NCBI GenBank assembly: GCA_011390065.1
Contig: JAABTD010000005.1
Location: forward strand, 339 to 64,338
From: Desulfobacteraceae bacterium
Lineage (GTDB): Bacteria; Desulfobacterota; Desulfobacteria; Desulfobacterales; JAABSP01
Direction of reading: 5' to 3'
Length of the DNA stretch: 64,000 nt
Part shown: piece by piece, positions 36,806-46,097 of the stretch
Numbering within the stretch: position 1 is the stretch's first letter
Layout of the letters: each line of letters opens with the position of its first letter
Position numbers and translations under genes: made by a program
The notes under the pieces: model-generated
What the model was told of the DNA's origin: nothing
Databases searched by the model: none
The model's input: the letters and a program-made list of their open reading frames with translations, nothing else

Positions 36806-38656
36806 TCACGGCCCGTCCATGGCGTCCAGGGCCGCCTTGAGGCGTTTGGCCGCTGCGGCATTCATACCGGGGACCGCCCCCAGTGCCTCCTCCGTCGCTT
36901 CCCGGATCTTCCGGATGCCGCCGAAATGGCGCAGCAGAGATGTTTTCCGTTTTTTCCCGATCCCCGACACCCCGTCCAGCACCGATGTCAGGGCGCTGTT
37001 GGACCGCCGCTTCCGGTGAAACGCAATGGCGAAACGGTGGGCTTCGTCCCGGATTCGCTGAAGCAGAAACAGGGGATCACGGTCCCTGCCGAAAAGGATC
37101 GGATTGGCCCGCCCCGGTCGGAAAATCTTGTCTTCGCTCTCTCCCTTTTTCTCATCCTTTTTGGCGATGGCGGCCGCCTCGAACCGGTCTGAAATCCCTA
37201 ATTCCGCCATCACGGCCAGGGCGATGTTGAGCTGGCCCTTTCCGCCGTCCACCATCAGAAGATCGGGATAGGGCTTTGACGCCTCACCCCTGCCGAACCG
37301 GCGCTTCAGCACTTCCGCCATGCAGGCGTAATCATCGTTTAAGTCCTTAACGCTTTTGATGCGGTATTTCCGGTATGCCGATTTGTCGGGCCGTCCCTTT
37401 TCAAAGACCACCAGTGCGCCCACGGGATTGGTCCCCGATATGTTGGAGTTGTCCACGCACTCGATGCGGAGGGGCAATTTGCCCAGATGAAGGCGTTTCT
37501 GCACCCGGGCGAGCAGGCCGATATCGGCGGAGCGTTCCGCAATCCATTCATCCAGGGCGTCCCGGGCGTTTTCCCCGGCCAAGCGCAAAAGGGACGCCCG
37601 CTCCCCCCGCTGGGGCCACAGCACATGAACCCGCCGGCTTTTGACGGAGGAGAGCCATTCCCCCAGCAAATCGGCGTCCTCCAGGCGGGATGGGGTCAGA
37701 ATCTCATTGGGGATAAACCGGCTCCCTTCGTAATACTGACGGATAAAAGCGTCGATGGTTTCATCGGCTGAGGCCAGCGCATTGTCAAAACGGAAATGAC
37801 GCATCCCCATGAGGTACCCCCCCCGGACCGACAGCAGGGTCACAAGGCACAGGTTTTCAGAGCGGACCGCGGCCAGTACGTCCCGATCCTGAAAATCGGC
37901 GGTCACCGCCACCTGCTTTTCCAGAGTCCGCTGAAGGGCGAACATCCGGTCGCGCAGAACGGCGGCTGTTTCGAAATCCTGATTCCGGGCTGCGGCGGCC
38001 ATGTCGGTTTTCAATGTGTTGACCAGTTCCGGGGTGCGGCCCCTCAGAAAAAGGGTCACCTCCCGGACGATGGCCCCATAGTCGTCCGGATCGATCTCTC
38101 GGCTGCACGGCGCCAGACACGCCCCCATCTGGTAATTGAGGCACGGCCGGGTCCGCTGTTTCAACCGGCGGTTCCGGCATTTCCGCAGCCCGAAGGTTTT
38201 TTCAATGAAGTGGTGGGTCTGCCGGGCGGCATGGGCCGATGAAAAGGGGCCGAAATAAAGGGCCCCGTCGTTGTCGGGCTTCCGGACGATGGAAAGGGTC
38301 GGAAAAGGATTCTGGACGTCCAGCCGAAGCGAGGGATACCGTTTGTCGTCCTTGAGGATGACGTTGTATCGGGGCCGGTGCCGTTTGATCAGGTTCGATT
38401 CCAGAATCAGCGCTTCGTTTTCGGTATGGGTAAGAAGGGTCTCGAAGGTCGCGATCTTTTTGACCAGGATGCCGGTCTTCAAGTCCATCCCGTTGTTCTT
38501 CTTAAAGTAAGAGGTGAGCCGTTTTTTCAGATTTCCGGCCTTGCCCACATAGATCACCGTCCCCTCGGCGTCTTTCATGAGGTATACGCCGGGGCCGGTG
38601 GAGACTCTGTCCAGTTTTTCAATCAATTCCGTCGTCATGGACCCAACATATGCCAT
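36806..38656 (-). CDS. uvrC: excinuclease ABC subunit C
   Basis: GIY-YIG (GVYLMKDAEGTVIYVGKAGNLKKR), a UvrBC-interaction region and a C-terminal HhH. Confidence 0.95.
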   Translation of the reverse strand: MAYVGSMTTELIEKLDRVSTGPGVYLMKDAEGTVIYVGKAGNLKKRLTSYFKKNNGMDLKTGILVKKIATFETLLTHTENEALILESNLIKRHRPRYNVILKDDKRYPSLRLDVQNPFPTLSIVRKPDNDGALYFGPFSSAHAARQTHHFIEKTFGLRKCRNRRLKQRTRPCLNYQMGACLAPCSREIDPDDYGAIVREVTLFLRGRTPELVNTLKTDMAAAARNQDFETAAVLRDRMFALQRTLEKQVAVTADFQDRDVLAAVRSENLCLVTLLSVRGGYLMGMRHFRFDNALASADETIDAFIRQYYEGSRFIPNEILTPSRLEDADLLGEWLSSVKSRRVHVLWPQRGERASLLRLAGENARDALDEWIAERSADIGLLARVQKRLHLGKLPLRIECVDNSNISGTNPVGALVVFEKGRPDKSAYRKYRIKSVKDLNDDYACMAEVLKRRFGRGEASKPYPDLLMVDGGKGQLNIALAVMAELGISDRFEAAAIAKKDEKKGESEDKIFRPGRANPILFGRDRDPLFLLQRIRDEAHRFAIAFHRKRRSNSALTSVLDGVSGIGKKRKTSLLRHFGGIRKIREATEEALGAVPGMNAAAAKRLKAALDAMDGP

Positions 38657-38878
38657 ATTTTACATCTGTAAAGCAACCGGCCCTGCAGGGTAAAAAATCA
38701 TATTCATTTTTTAACATTAAAAAATTTAATTTTATTTCTTGTATTTTATTATGTCGATGTGGTATTGAGACAATAATTCATGTACCAAGACCGCAAAGGA
38801 GGTGATAGAACCGACGGCATGCGGTATACGGACAGGGAAAGGAAAAAACGTTTGGACTCATCAAAAAAGGAGAAGAAC

Positions 38879-39265
38879 ATGAAAAGAATCGTCATCGTAC
38901 TGCTCGTTTTGATCTGTGGGCTGTGTCTGGCAGGCAATGCACTGGCCGGCAGCAAGGAAGCGGCCAAAAAGAACGTCGAAGATGTGGTGGCTGCCATCAA
39001 TGGCGGCAAGGACGCCAAGACGATCAACGCCAATGATTATGATCCCTACGTCTTTATCCTGGAAGAAGACGGCATGCTGGTGGTTCATCCTTCCCTTGCC
39101 GGGAAGAGCCTGAAGGAAGCTGCGCCGCCGGTATATGAAGCGATTGCCGCCGCTGTGAAGGAGGGCAAAGAAACCGCCGACTATATGTGGAAGGACGCTA
39201 TGAAGCATTCCTTCGTCCAGAAGACCGACAACAACCTGATCGTGGGAAGCGGCTACAACGAGTAA
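38879..39265 (+). CDS. small periplasmic Cache-like (single Cache_2-type) domain protein
   Basis: AAAGGAG Shine-Dalgarno. Signal peptide MKRIVIVLLVLICGLCLAGNALA. Then YVFILEEDGMLVVHPSLAGK ... YMWKDAMKHSFV ... IVGSGY. Confidence 0.55.
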   Translation: MKRIVIVLLVLICGLCLAGNALAGSKEAAKKNVEDVVAAINGGKDAKTINANDYDPYVFILEEDGMLVVHPSLAGKSLKEAAPPVYEAIAAAVKEGKETADYMWKDAMKHSFVQKTDNNLIVGSGYNE

Positions 39266-39288
39266 GCGTCAATAACAAGCGTTGGGAC

Positions 39289-39320
39289 AAAAAAAGGGCG
39301 GCGGTTCGCGCCCTTTTTTG
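39289..39320. terminator. bidirectional terminator between the Cache-like gene and uvrB
   Basis: A7-GGGCG..CGCCC-T6: a GC hairpin flanked by A- and T-tracts. Confidence 0.6.
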
Positions 39321-39324
39321 ATTG

Positions 39325-41328
39325 CTACGCCATTTCTCTGAGCGCCGCGATCCGGTCCCGCAGATCCGCAGCCCGCTCGAAGGCCAGTTCCCTGGCCGCT
39401 TTTTCCATCTCCGCCTCCATCTCCCGTATGATCTCCTGGACGTCTCTGTCCTGATCGCCGTATGCAGCCACCGATTCCGCCACCTTCGCCAGGCGATCCG
39501 GAATCCCTTCCTCAGAACCGTCGACCGGCTTCACGAAATCAAAAACATGTGAAATGGTCTTGTGGATGGTGGCGGGGGTGATCCCGTGGCGCTCGTTGTA
39601 GGCCTGTTGAATCTCCCGCCGCCGGCCGGTCTCGTCCATGGTCTGTTGCATGGAGCGGGTCACCACATCGCCATAGAGGATCACTTTGCCCCCGGCGTTC
39701 CGGGCCGCCCGTCCGCAGATCTGGATCAGGGATCGGGTGGACCGGAGAAAGCCTTCCTTGTCGGCGTCCAACACCGCCACCAGGGAAACTTCCGGAATAT
39801 CGAGGCCCTCCCGCAACAGATTGATGCCGATGAGGACGTCGAAGACGCCGGCCCTCAGGTCCCTGATGATGTCCATCCGCTCCAGAGTGGTGATGTCGGC
39901 GTGGAGGTAGCGGACCGGAATGCCGATATCCGCATAGTATTCCGTCAGATCCTCGGCCATGCGCTTGGTGAGAGTGGTGACCAGGACCCGCTCGTTTCTC
40001 GCGATCCGAAGGCGGATCTCCTCCAGCAGGTCGTCCACCTGGCGACGCGCGCTTCTGACGTCGATATGGGGGTCCAGCAGGCCGGTGGGCCGGGCAATCA
40101 GCTCGACCATGCTGTCCCGGCCTTTTTCCCGCTCGTAATCGCCCGGGGTGGCGGAGACATAGACCACCTGTTTGACCCGTTCCTCGAACTCCGTGAAGGT
40201 CAGGGGGCGGTTGTCAAGGGCGGAGGGAAGCCGGAACCCGAATTCCACCAGGGTCTCTTTCCGGGATCGGTCGCCTTTGTACATGCCCCGGAGTTGGGGC
40301 GCCCCGATGTGACTTTCATCAATGAAGACCAGAAAATCGTCGGGGAAATAATCGAGCAGGGTAGGGGGGGGCTGGCCGGGCTTCCGGCCCGTCAGGTGGC
40401 GGGAGTAGTTTTCGATGCCGTTGCAATACCCGATCTCCAGCATCATCTCCAGGTCGAACTGGGTCCGTTCCTCGATGCGCTGGGCCTCGATGAGCTTGTT
40501 TTCCGCCCGGAAATAGTCGATGCGCTGCTTGAGTTCGGCATTGATGGTCTCTACGGCGCGCTGGAGCGTTCCCTTTTCGGTGACGTAATGGCTGGCCGGA
40601 AACAGGGTCAGCTCGTCCAGCCGCCTCAGCGTCTCGCCGCGCAGGGGGTCGATTTCGGCGATGGATTCGATTTCATCTCCGAAAAAATCGATGCGGATGG
40701 CCCGGTCCTCCTCGTAAGCCGGAAAGATTTCCACCCGATCCCCCCGGACCCGGAAGACCCCCCGGTGGAAATCCACGTCGTTGCGCTCGTAGTGAATCTC
40801 CACCAGCCGGGAAAGGAGCCGGTCCCGGTTGAGTTCCTCGTCGGTTTCCAGGTTGATCCGCATGCCCAGGTAATCCTCGGGCGCGCCCAGGCCGAAAATG
40901 CACGACACGCTGGCCACCACCAGAACGTCCCGCCGGGACAAGACCGACCGGGTGGCTGAATGGCGGAGCTTGTCGATCATCTCGTTGATGGAGGAATCTT
41001 TCTGGATGTAAGTGTCGCTGGCGGGAATATACGCTTCGGGCTGGTAGTAGTCGTAATAGGAGACGAAGTATTCCACCGCGTTTTCGGGAAACAGCCCCCT
41101 GAATTCGTGGTAAAGCTGGGCCGCAAGGGTCTTGTTGGGGGCGATGACCAGGGTGGGGCGGTCCAGGGCCGCCACCACGTTGGCCATGGTGAACGTCTTG
41201 CCGGACCCCGTGACGCCCAGCATGACGTTGTGACGGTGTCCCGCCCGAATCCCCCGGCTCAGGCCGGCGATGGCTTTGGGTTGATCCCCGGTGGGCGAAT
41301 ATTCCGTTTCCAGTTGAAACAAGGGCAT
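39325..41328 (-). CDS. uvrB: excinuclease ABC subunit B
   Basis: [13 protein letters not shown], a DEAH-like FIDESH, and a C-terminal UVR motif [14 protein letters not shown]. Confidence 0.95.
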   Translation of the reverse strand: MPLFQLETEYSPTGDQPKAIAGLSRGIRAGHRHNVMLGVTGSGKTFTMANVVAALDRPTLVIAPNKTLAAQLYHEFRGLFPENAVEYFVSYYDYYQPEAYIPASDTYIQKDSSINEMIDKLRHSATRSVLSRRDVLVVASVSCIFGLGAPEDYLGMRINLETDEELNRDRLLSRLVEIHYERNDVDFHRGVFRVRGDRVEIFPAYEEDRAIRIDFFGDEIESIAEIDPLRGETLRRLDELTLFPASHYVTEKGTLQRAVETINAELKQRIDYFRAENKLIEAQRIEERTQFDLEMMLEIGYCNGIENYSRHLTGRKPGQPPPTLLDYFPDDFLVFIDESHIGAPQLRGMYKGDRSRKETLVEFGFRLPSALDNRPLTFTEFEERVKQVVYVSATPGDYEREKGRDSMVELIARPTGLLDPHIDVRSARRQVDDLLEEIRLRIARNERVLVTTLTKRMAEDLTEYYADIGIPVRYLHADITTLERMDIIRDLRAGVFDVLIGINLLREGLDIPEVSLVAVLDADKEGFLRSTRSLIQICGRAARNAGGKVILYGDVVTRSMQQTMDETGRRREIQQAYNERHGITPATIHKTISHVFDFVKPVDGSEEGIPDRLAKVAESVAAYGDQDRDVQEIIREMEAEMEKAARELAFERAADLRDRIAALREMA

Positions 41329-41330
41329 GG

Positions 41331-42758
41331 TTATCCGTCGACCTTCCAGATGGTGCCGTCAGGTCGATCCTCCAGCACGATGTTCTTCCGGGCCAACTCG
41401 TCCCGGATGGCGTCGGCCCGGGCAAAGTCCCTGGCTTTTCGGGCTTCGGTCCGCTCCGAGATCAGCGCTTCGATCTCCGAAGCGTCGATGGACTCGGCGG
41501 CGAGCGCGCTGGAACGTCGCCCGCTGAAATAGGCGGCAGGGGTTTGGTTGAGGATGCCGAGGATCCCGCCCATGCGAAGGATGTCGTCCCGGACCGCCCC
41601 GACCCGGGGCAGGGCGTCGTCGGTTCGGGCGTCCATCAGGCCGTTGGCGGTCCGGACCCCTTCGAACAGGACGCCGATGCCCAGGGCCGTGTTGAAATCG
41701 TCGTCCATGGCTTCGGTGAACCGCCGCCAGTGCTCGCCGGCGGTTTCAGCTGATTCTGCCGGAGGGCCGACCGCCGCCTCGGCTCTTTCCAGAAAGGTAT
41801 AGATCCGGTCCAGTCCGGCCCTGGCTTCATCCATGGCTTTATCCGTGAAATCGACGGGACTCCGGTAATGGTTGGAGAGCAGAAACAGGCGGATCGTCTC
41901 GGAATGATACGATTTGCGCACATCCTTGATCATCAGGAAATTGCCGAGGGATTTGGACATCTTCTCCTGATCGATGTTGACGAAGCCGTTGTGGACCCAG
42001 TATCGGGCAAAGGGTTCATTGAAGGCGCCCTCGGACTGGGCCACCTCGTTTTCATGATGGGGAAAGATCAGGTCCTTGCCGCCGCCGTGAATGTCGAAAG
42101 TCTTTCCCAGGTGCTGCCATGCCATGGCGGAACATTCGATGTGCCATCCCGGTCGTCCCGGCCCCCAGGGGCTGTCCCAGGCGGGTTCCCCCGGTTTGGC
42201 GGATTTCCAGAGGGCGAAATCAAAAGGATTCCGCTTTTTTTCATTGATCCCCACCCGGGCCCCGGCCTCCATATCCTCGAGCTTCCGGCCCGACAGTTTT
42301 CCGTACCCGCCGAATGCTTCCACGGCATAAAACACATCGCCGTCGATCTGGTAGGCCATGCCGTTGTCCAGGAGTTTTTTTATAAAAGCCTTGATGGGAT
42401 CCATGAACTGAGTGACCCGGGGCTCGTGGTCGGCCCGCAGCACATGGAGGGCGTCCATGTCCTCGTAAAATTCCCGGATATATTTTTCAGCAATGGCCAT
42501 GGGGTCGAGCCCGAGCTGGTTGGCGCGAGCGATGATTTTGTCGTCCACATCCGTGAAATTGCGGATATAGGTCACCTCGAACCCGCCGGCCCTCAGATAT
42601 CGAACGATGACGTCGAACACCACGACCGATCGGGCATGGCCGATATGGCAGGAATCATAAACCGTGGGGCCGCAGACATAAACGCTGGCCTTTCCCGGCG
42701 ACAGAGGTTCAAAAATCTCCTTTGTTCTGCTCATGGTGTTGTAGATCCGAATGGTCAT
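41331..42758 (-). CDS. cysS: cysteine--tRNA ligase
   Basis: [16 protein letters not shown] (HIGH) and KMSKSLGN (KMSKS). Confidence 0.95.
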   Translation of the reverse strand: MTIRIYNTMSRTKEIFEPLSPGKASVYVCGPTVYDSCHIGHARSVVVFDVIVRYLRAGGFEVTYIRNFTDVDDKIIARANQLGLDPMAIAEKYIREFYEDMDALHVLRADHEPRVTQFMDPIKAFIKKLLDNGMAYQIDGDVFYAVEAFGGYGKLSGRKLEDMEAGARVGINEKKRNPFDFALWKSAKPGEPAWDSPWGPGRPGWHIECSAMAWQHLGKTFDIHGGGKDLIFPHHENEVAQSEGAFNEPFARYWVHNGFVNIDQEKMSKSLGNFLMIKDVRKSYHSETIRLFLLSNHYRSPVDFTDKAMDEARAGLDRIYTFLERAEAAVGPPAESAETAGEHWRRFTEAMDDDFNTALGIGVLFEGVRTANGLMDARTDDALPRVGAVRDDILRMGGILGILNQTPAAYFSGRRSSALAAESIDASEIEALISERTEARKARDFARADAIRDELARKNIVLEDRPDGTIWKVDG

Positions 42759-43264
42759 GGCTCTTTCATCCTCTTATCGTCTTCATTCTCCGAAAATTTT
42801 TCGATCAGGGCCGTACACATGGCGCCGATGCCCTCACCGCGGCCGATAGGTCCCAGGCCTTCGGTGGTGGTGGCCTTAACATTGATCCGATCCGCTTCCA
42901 GTTCAAGCGCCAGTGCGATGTTGTCCCGCATAGAGTCCCGGTAGGAAGATATTCTGGGCGCCTGGGCAAGAATAGTGGCGTCCGCATTGAGGATGCGCCA
43001 GCCGTTTTTTCGCAGCAACCCGGCGGTCCGGGACAGCAACTTCATGCTGTCGATGTTTTTGTATTGCGGGTCGGCGTCGGGAAAATGGAGGCCGATGTCG
43101 CCCAGCCCGGCAGCGCCCATGAGGGCGTCGCATACCGCGTGGAGCAGCACGTCCGCATCCGAATGCCCCAGAAGCCCTTTTTCAAACGGAATCTCCACGC
43201 CGCCGAGGATCAGTTTCCGTCCGGCGACCAGACGGTGCATATCATATCCTGAACCGATCCGCAT
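42755..43264 (-). CDS. ispF: 2-C-methyl-D-erythritol 2,4-cyclodiphosphate synthase
   Basis: [12 protein letters not shown] ... [19 protein letters not shown]. The stop overlaps the cysS start. Confidence 0.9.
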   Translation of the reverse strand: MRIGSGYDMHRLVAGRKLILGGVEIPFEKGLLGHSDADVLLHAVCDALMGAAGLGDIGLHFPDADPQYKNIDSMKLLSRTAGLLRKNGWRILNADATILAQAPRISSYRDSMRDNIALALELEADRINVKATTTEGLGPIGRGEGIGAMCTALIEKFSENEDDKRMKEP

Positions 43265-43408
43265 CCATTCCTTTCCATTCCCTTGCATTTCCGGCCATCT
43301 CTAATCAAAAAAATTTAAATAATTATAGGATATTGGGTGGATTATGTCAATCCGCTTGAAAAAAAAGTCCATTCATGGCATTTAGATCAGGTTGCCGATG
43401 GAACCGAA

Positions 43409-44005
43409 ATGAAAAAACCCACAACGGACACAGGGCGAAAGATGAAGCGAAAGACAATTTCTACAACAGGCTTGGCGATGGCGCTATGCGTTCTGGCGAT
43501 GGTTTCGGCAGCAACGGCGGCGGAAATCTCCATCCCCCCGGTCAAAGCCAGGCCGGGCGACGTCATCACCTTTCCGGTGATGCTGGACCGCGTGGACAAC
43601 CTGGCCGGCGTCAAGCTGGTGATGACCTACGACCCTGACATTCTCACGTTTTCCAAAGCGGAAAAAACCCGATTCACCCATTCCATGATGCACATTGTCA
43701 ACGATAAAAAGCCGGGGACGCTGATCGCGGTCATGGCCGCCGCCAGGGGCGTCAAAGGGGAAGAATTTCCGCTTCTCATTATGGAGTTCCGGGTCAACGC
43801 GTCCGTCAAGTCCCCGATGGACGCGGGCATCGAGATCCGGGAAGCGCAATTGATGAGCGACGACCTCAAGGACATTCCGTACACGGTTAAAACCCCGCCG
43901 ATCAAAATCCTCGGCGGCGCGCCCCCGGAAATTCCGGAAAAGAAGGCGGAAAAAGCGCAACCGCCGGGAAAAGGGGAGGGCGATGACGCCTGCGGGGACG
44001 AATAG
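43409..44005 (+). CDS. secreted cohesin-domain protein (start uncertain: 43409 or 43442)
   Basis: Signal-like TISTTGLAMALCVLAMVSAATA. Cohesin signature VKARPGDVITFPVMLDRVDNLAGVKLVMTYDPDILTF. Pro/Lys/Glu-rich acidic tail. Confidence 0.7.
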   Translation: MKKPTTDTGRKMKRKTISTTGLAMALCVLAMVSAATAAEISIPPVKARPGDVITFPVMLDRVDNLAGVKLVMTYDPDILTFSKAEKTRFTHSMMHIVNDKKPGTLIAVMAAARGVKGEEFPLLIMEFRVNASVKSPMDAGIEIREAQLMSDDLKDIPYTVKTPPIKILGGAPPEIPEKKAEKAQPPGKGEGDDACGDE

Positions 44006-44064
44006 TCGATACGACGGTCGATACGACGGTCGATACGACGGTCGATGCGACGGTCGATGCGACG
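44006..44064. repeat. 12-bp direct tandem repeat, about 5 copies
   Basis: TCGATACGACGG x3, then TCGATGCGACGG, then TCGATGCGACG. Starts immediately after the cohesin stop codon. Confidence 0.9.
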
Positions 44065-44095
44065 CCGCCCGTCAGTTGCTGCGAAACACGACGCG

Positions 44096-45016
44096 TTACT
44101 CGGGCCCGGTATCCAGCCGGGGGCTCCTGTCCACCATCTCCCGCAATTCCTGCCAGTCGAAATGGAGATAGCGGCGGGTGGTGTTAAGATTTTCATGCCC
44201 CAATAAATACTGGATAATAATCAGGTTTTCACCTGCGCTCGCTTTGAGGCTCGCACCGGAATGACGCAACAGGTGGGGGCCTCGCTTGCGTTTGAAGATG
44301 CCGGCTCTTTTTAATGCGTCACTGACGATGTTATGGACCTGTTGCGGGGTGAGCGGTTTTCCGTGGCTCGACAGGAACACCCACGGAGACTCCTTTCCCT
44401 TGAACCGCGATCGGGTTCCATACCAATTTTGAAATTTTTCAACGATATGCTCGTTCAGCGGCAACTTGCTCAATTTATCCCGTTTTCTCGACACCCAGAT
44501 CTCCCGCGCGTCCAACCGCACATCTTTTATTTTCAAGTTGACGACCTCCGACACCCGAAGGCAAAGATCTGAAAACAAGGTCAATAAAAGAATGTTCCGA
44601 TGCGTCATCTTGTTCGGTCGTTTATTGTGCTGAAATGCAAAAAGGCGTTCGAGTTCAGAGAGGGTCAGATAATCGGTGTTGGGCTGATAAATTTTTGGCT
44701 TATCGATGGTTTCCGCGATATTTTCCGAAATCAGGGATTCATCGACCAGATAATCCATAAAGCTGATCAAAATATAGATCACGGTCAATTTGGTCGATCG
44801 AAGGACATCCTGGGTCTGAAGATACGCGATAACCGTTTTGCGGGTCAGATCTTCCGGGAAAACAATATCGTGCGCCTTACAGTATTCGGCGAACTTGACC
44901 AGGGCATATCTACGCTTGCTGGTCGTTGCCTTGCTGAAGACGCCGGTGGCTTCTTTAAAAGACACATAATCGTCTACGGCTTGCTTGATGGAAATATTGT
45001 CCATGGATTCGTTCAT
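44096..45016 (-). CDS. tyrosine site-specific recombinase (phage-integrase/Xer family) in a low-GC islet
   Basis: LRVSEV.. (Arg I), HLLRHSGAS (H-x-x-R) and LGHENLNTTRRYLH (catalytic Tyr). By-eye GC is about 45%, against about 60% in the flanks. Confidence 0.85.
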   Translation of the reverse strand: MNESMDNISIKQAVDDYVSFKEATGVFSKATTSKRRYALVKFAEYCKAHDIVFPEDLTRKTVIAYLQTQDVLRSTKLTVIYILISFMDYLVDESLISENIAETIDKPKIYQPNTDYLTLSELERLFAFQHNKRPNKMTHRNILLLTLFSDLCLRVSEVVNLKIKDVRLDAREIWVSRKRDKLSKLPLNEHIVEKFQNWYGTRSRFKGKESPWVFLSSHGKPLTPQQVHNIVSDALKRAGIFKRKRGPHLLRHSGASLKASAGENLIIIQYLLGHENLNTTRRYLHFDWQELREMVDRSPRLDTGPE

Positions 45017-45073
45017 TTGTTCGTTTTTCGCGGAAATGACCGTCTATTGGGATCGGATATAAAAAACTTGAGC

Positions 45074-45107
45074 AATATTTGATAATATGATTATATTATC
45101 AAATATT
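45074..45107. repeat. 34-bp AT-rich perfect palindrome upstream of the recombinase
   Basis: AATATTTGATAATAT-GATT-ATATTATCAAATATT (15-bp arms). Confidence 0.85.
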
Positions 45108-45179
45108 TTGCAGGCCTCTCCCGAGACCCGATTCCGGGCCTGAGTAAATTTCTCTGCAACCCAAGACCTGCCGCACCAG

Positions 45180-46097
45180 CTACAGTTGAATGCTTTTAAC
45201 CCGATTTCTGCCGGCTCTCTTGGCTTCGAAGAGAACCCGGTCACTGCCCTGGATCAAAAAACTCGCCGTCCCTTCCTTGAACGGCGTCACGCTTGCCACG
45301 CCGAGGCTGATGGTCACCCAGTCCGAAACCGGTGAGGGTTCGTGAATGATCCGGAGATCCTCGACGGCTTTTCTCATCTTTTCAGCCATATGAACGGCGC
45401 CCACGAGATCCGTTCTCGGCAGTACAACTGAAAACTCCTCTCCCCCGTATCGGGCCGCGAAGTCGGTCGGCCGATGGAGGCCCTTTGCCAATGTTTTTGC
45501 GACGCGTTTCAGACAATCATCCCCGGCAAGGTGATTGTATGAGTTGTTGTAAGCGCCGAAATAATCGATATCGATCATGATCATAGATAGTTGGCTTGCC
45601 TCCCGGATGCCGGTCCGCCATCCGGTTTCGATGAATTCATCGAAGCGCCGGCGATTGGGGATGCCCGTCAACCCGTCCAGGGACGAGAGGTTTTCCAGTA
45701 CGTCCCGATGCCGTTTCAGCTCCAGGTGAGTTCGGACTCTGGCCTTGACGATGGCCTTGCTGAACGGTTTTGTGATGTAATCCACGGCGCCGAGTTCCAG
45801 CCCCCGGGTTTCGTCTTCTTCCTCGGCCATGGCGGTGATAAAGATAATGGGTATGTTCTTTGTCTTTTCAGAAGTTTTCAGCCGGCGACAGACCTCGTAC
45901 CCATCCAACTCCGGCATCATGATGTCCAGCAGAACGAGATCAATGGGAGGTCCGGACGCGACGAGATCCAGCGCTTCTTTGCCGTTGGTCGCAAAACTGA
46001 TTTTGCACATGGATTTGAGCACCTGGGCCAGCACCCGGATGTTTTCGGAGGCATCGTCCACGATCAATACGCGCTGTTTCCGGGCATCATCGGTCAT
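45180..46097 (-). CDS. response regulator-diguanylate cyclase (REC-GGDEF)
   Basis: VLIVDDA ... DLVLLDIMMPELDG ... ITKPF, then LTGIPNRR, RPTD (I-site) and GGEEF. The ATG overlaps the kinase stop (ATGA). Confidence 0.9.
   Translation of the reverse strand: MTDDARKQRVLIVDDASENIRVLAQVLKSMCKISFATNGKEALDLVASGPPIDLVLLDIMMPELDGYEVCRRLKTSEKTKNIPIIFITAMAEEEDETRGLELGAVDYITKPFSKAIVKARVRTHLELKRHRDVLENLSSLDGLTGIPNRRRFDEFIETGWRTGIREASQLSMIMIDIDYFGAYNNSYNHLAGDDCLKRVAKTLAKGLHRPTDFAARYGGEEFSVVLPRTDLVGAVHMAEKMRKAVEDLRIIHEPSPVSDWVTISLGVASVTPFKEGTASFLIQGSDRVLFEAKRAGRNRVKSIQL

Noticed and set aside
44006-44064. CRISPR array or integron attC interpretation of the 12-bp repeats (and of the heptads at 63487-63639).
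   Set aside because: The repeats are contiguous with no spacers and are far shorter than CRISPR repeats. The neighbouring recombinase lacks features I could tie to IntI, and no gene cassettes are present.
43627-44196. Minus-strand ORF containing (RRID)n.
   Set aside because: It is a translation artefact of the 12-bp tandem repeat. It also overlaps the cohesin gene and the recombinase 3' end.
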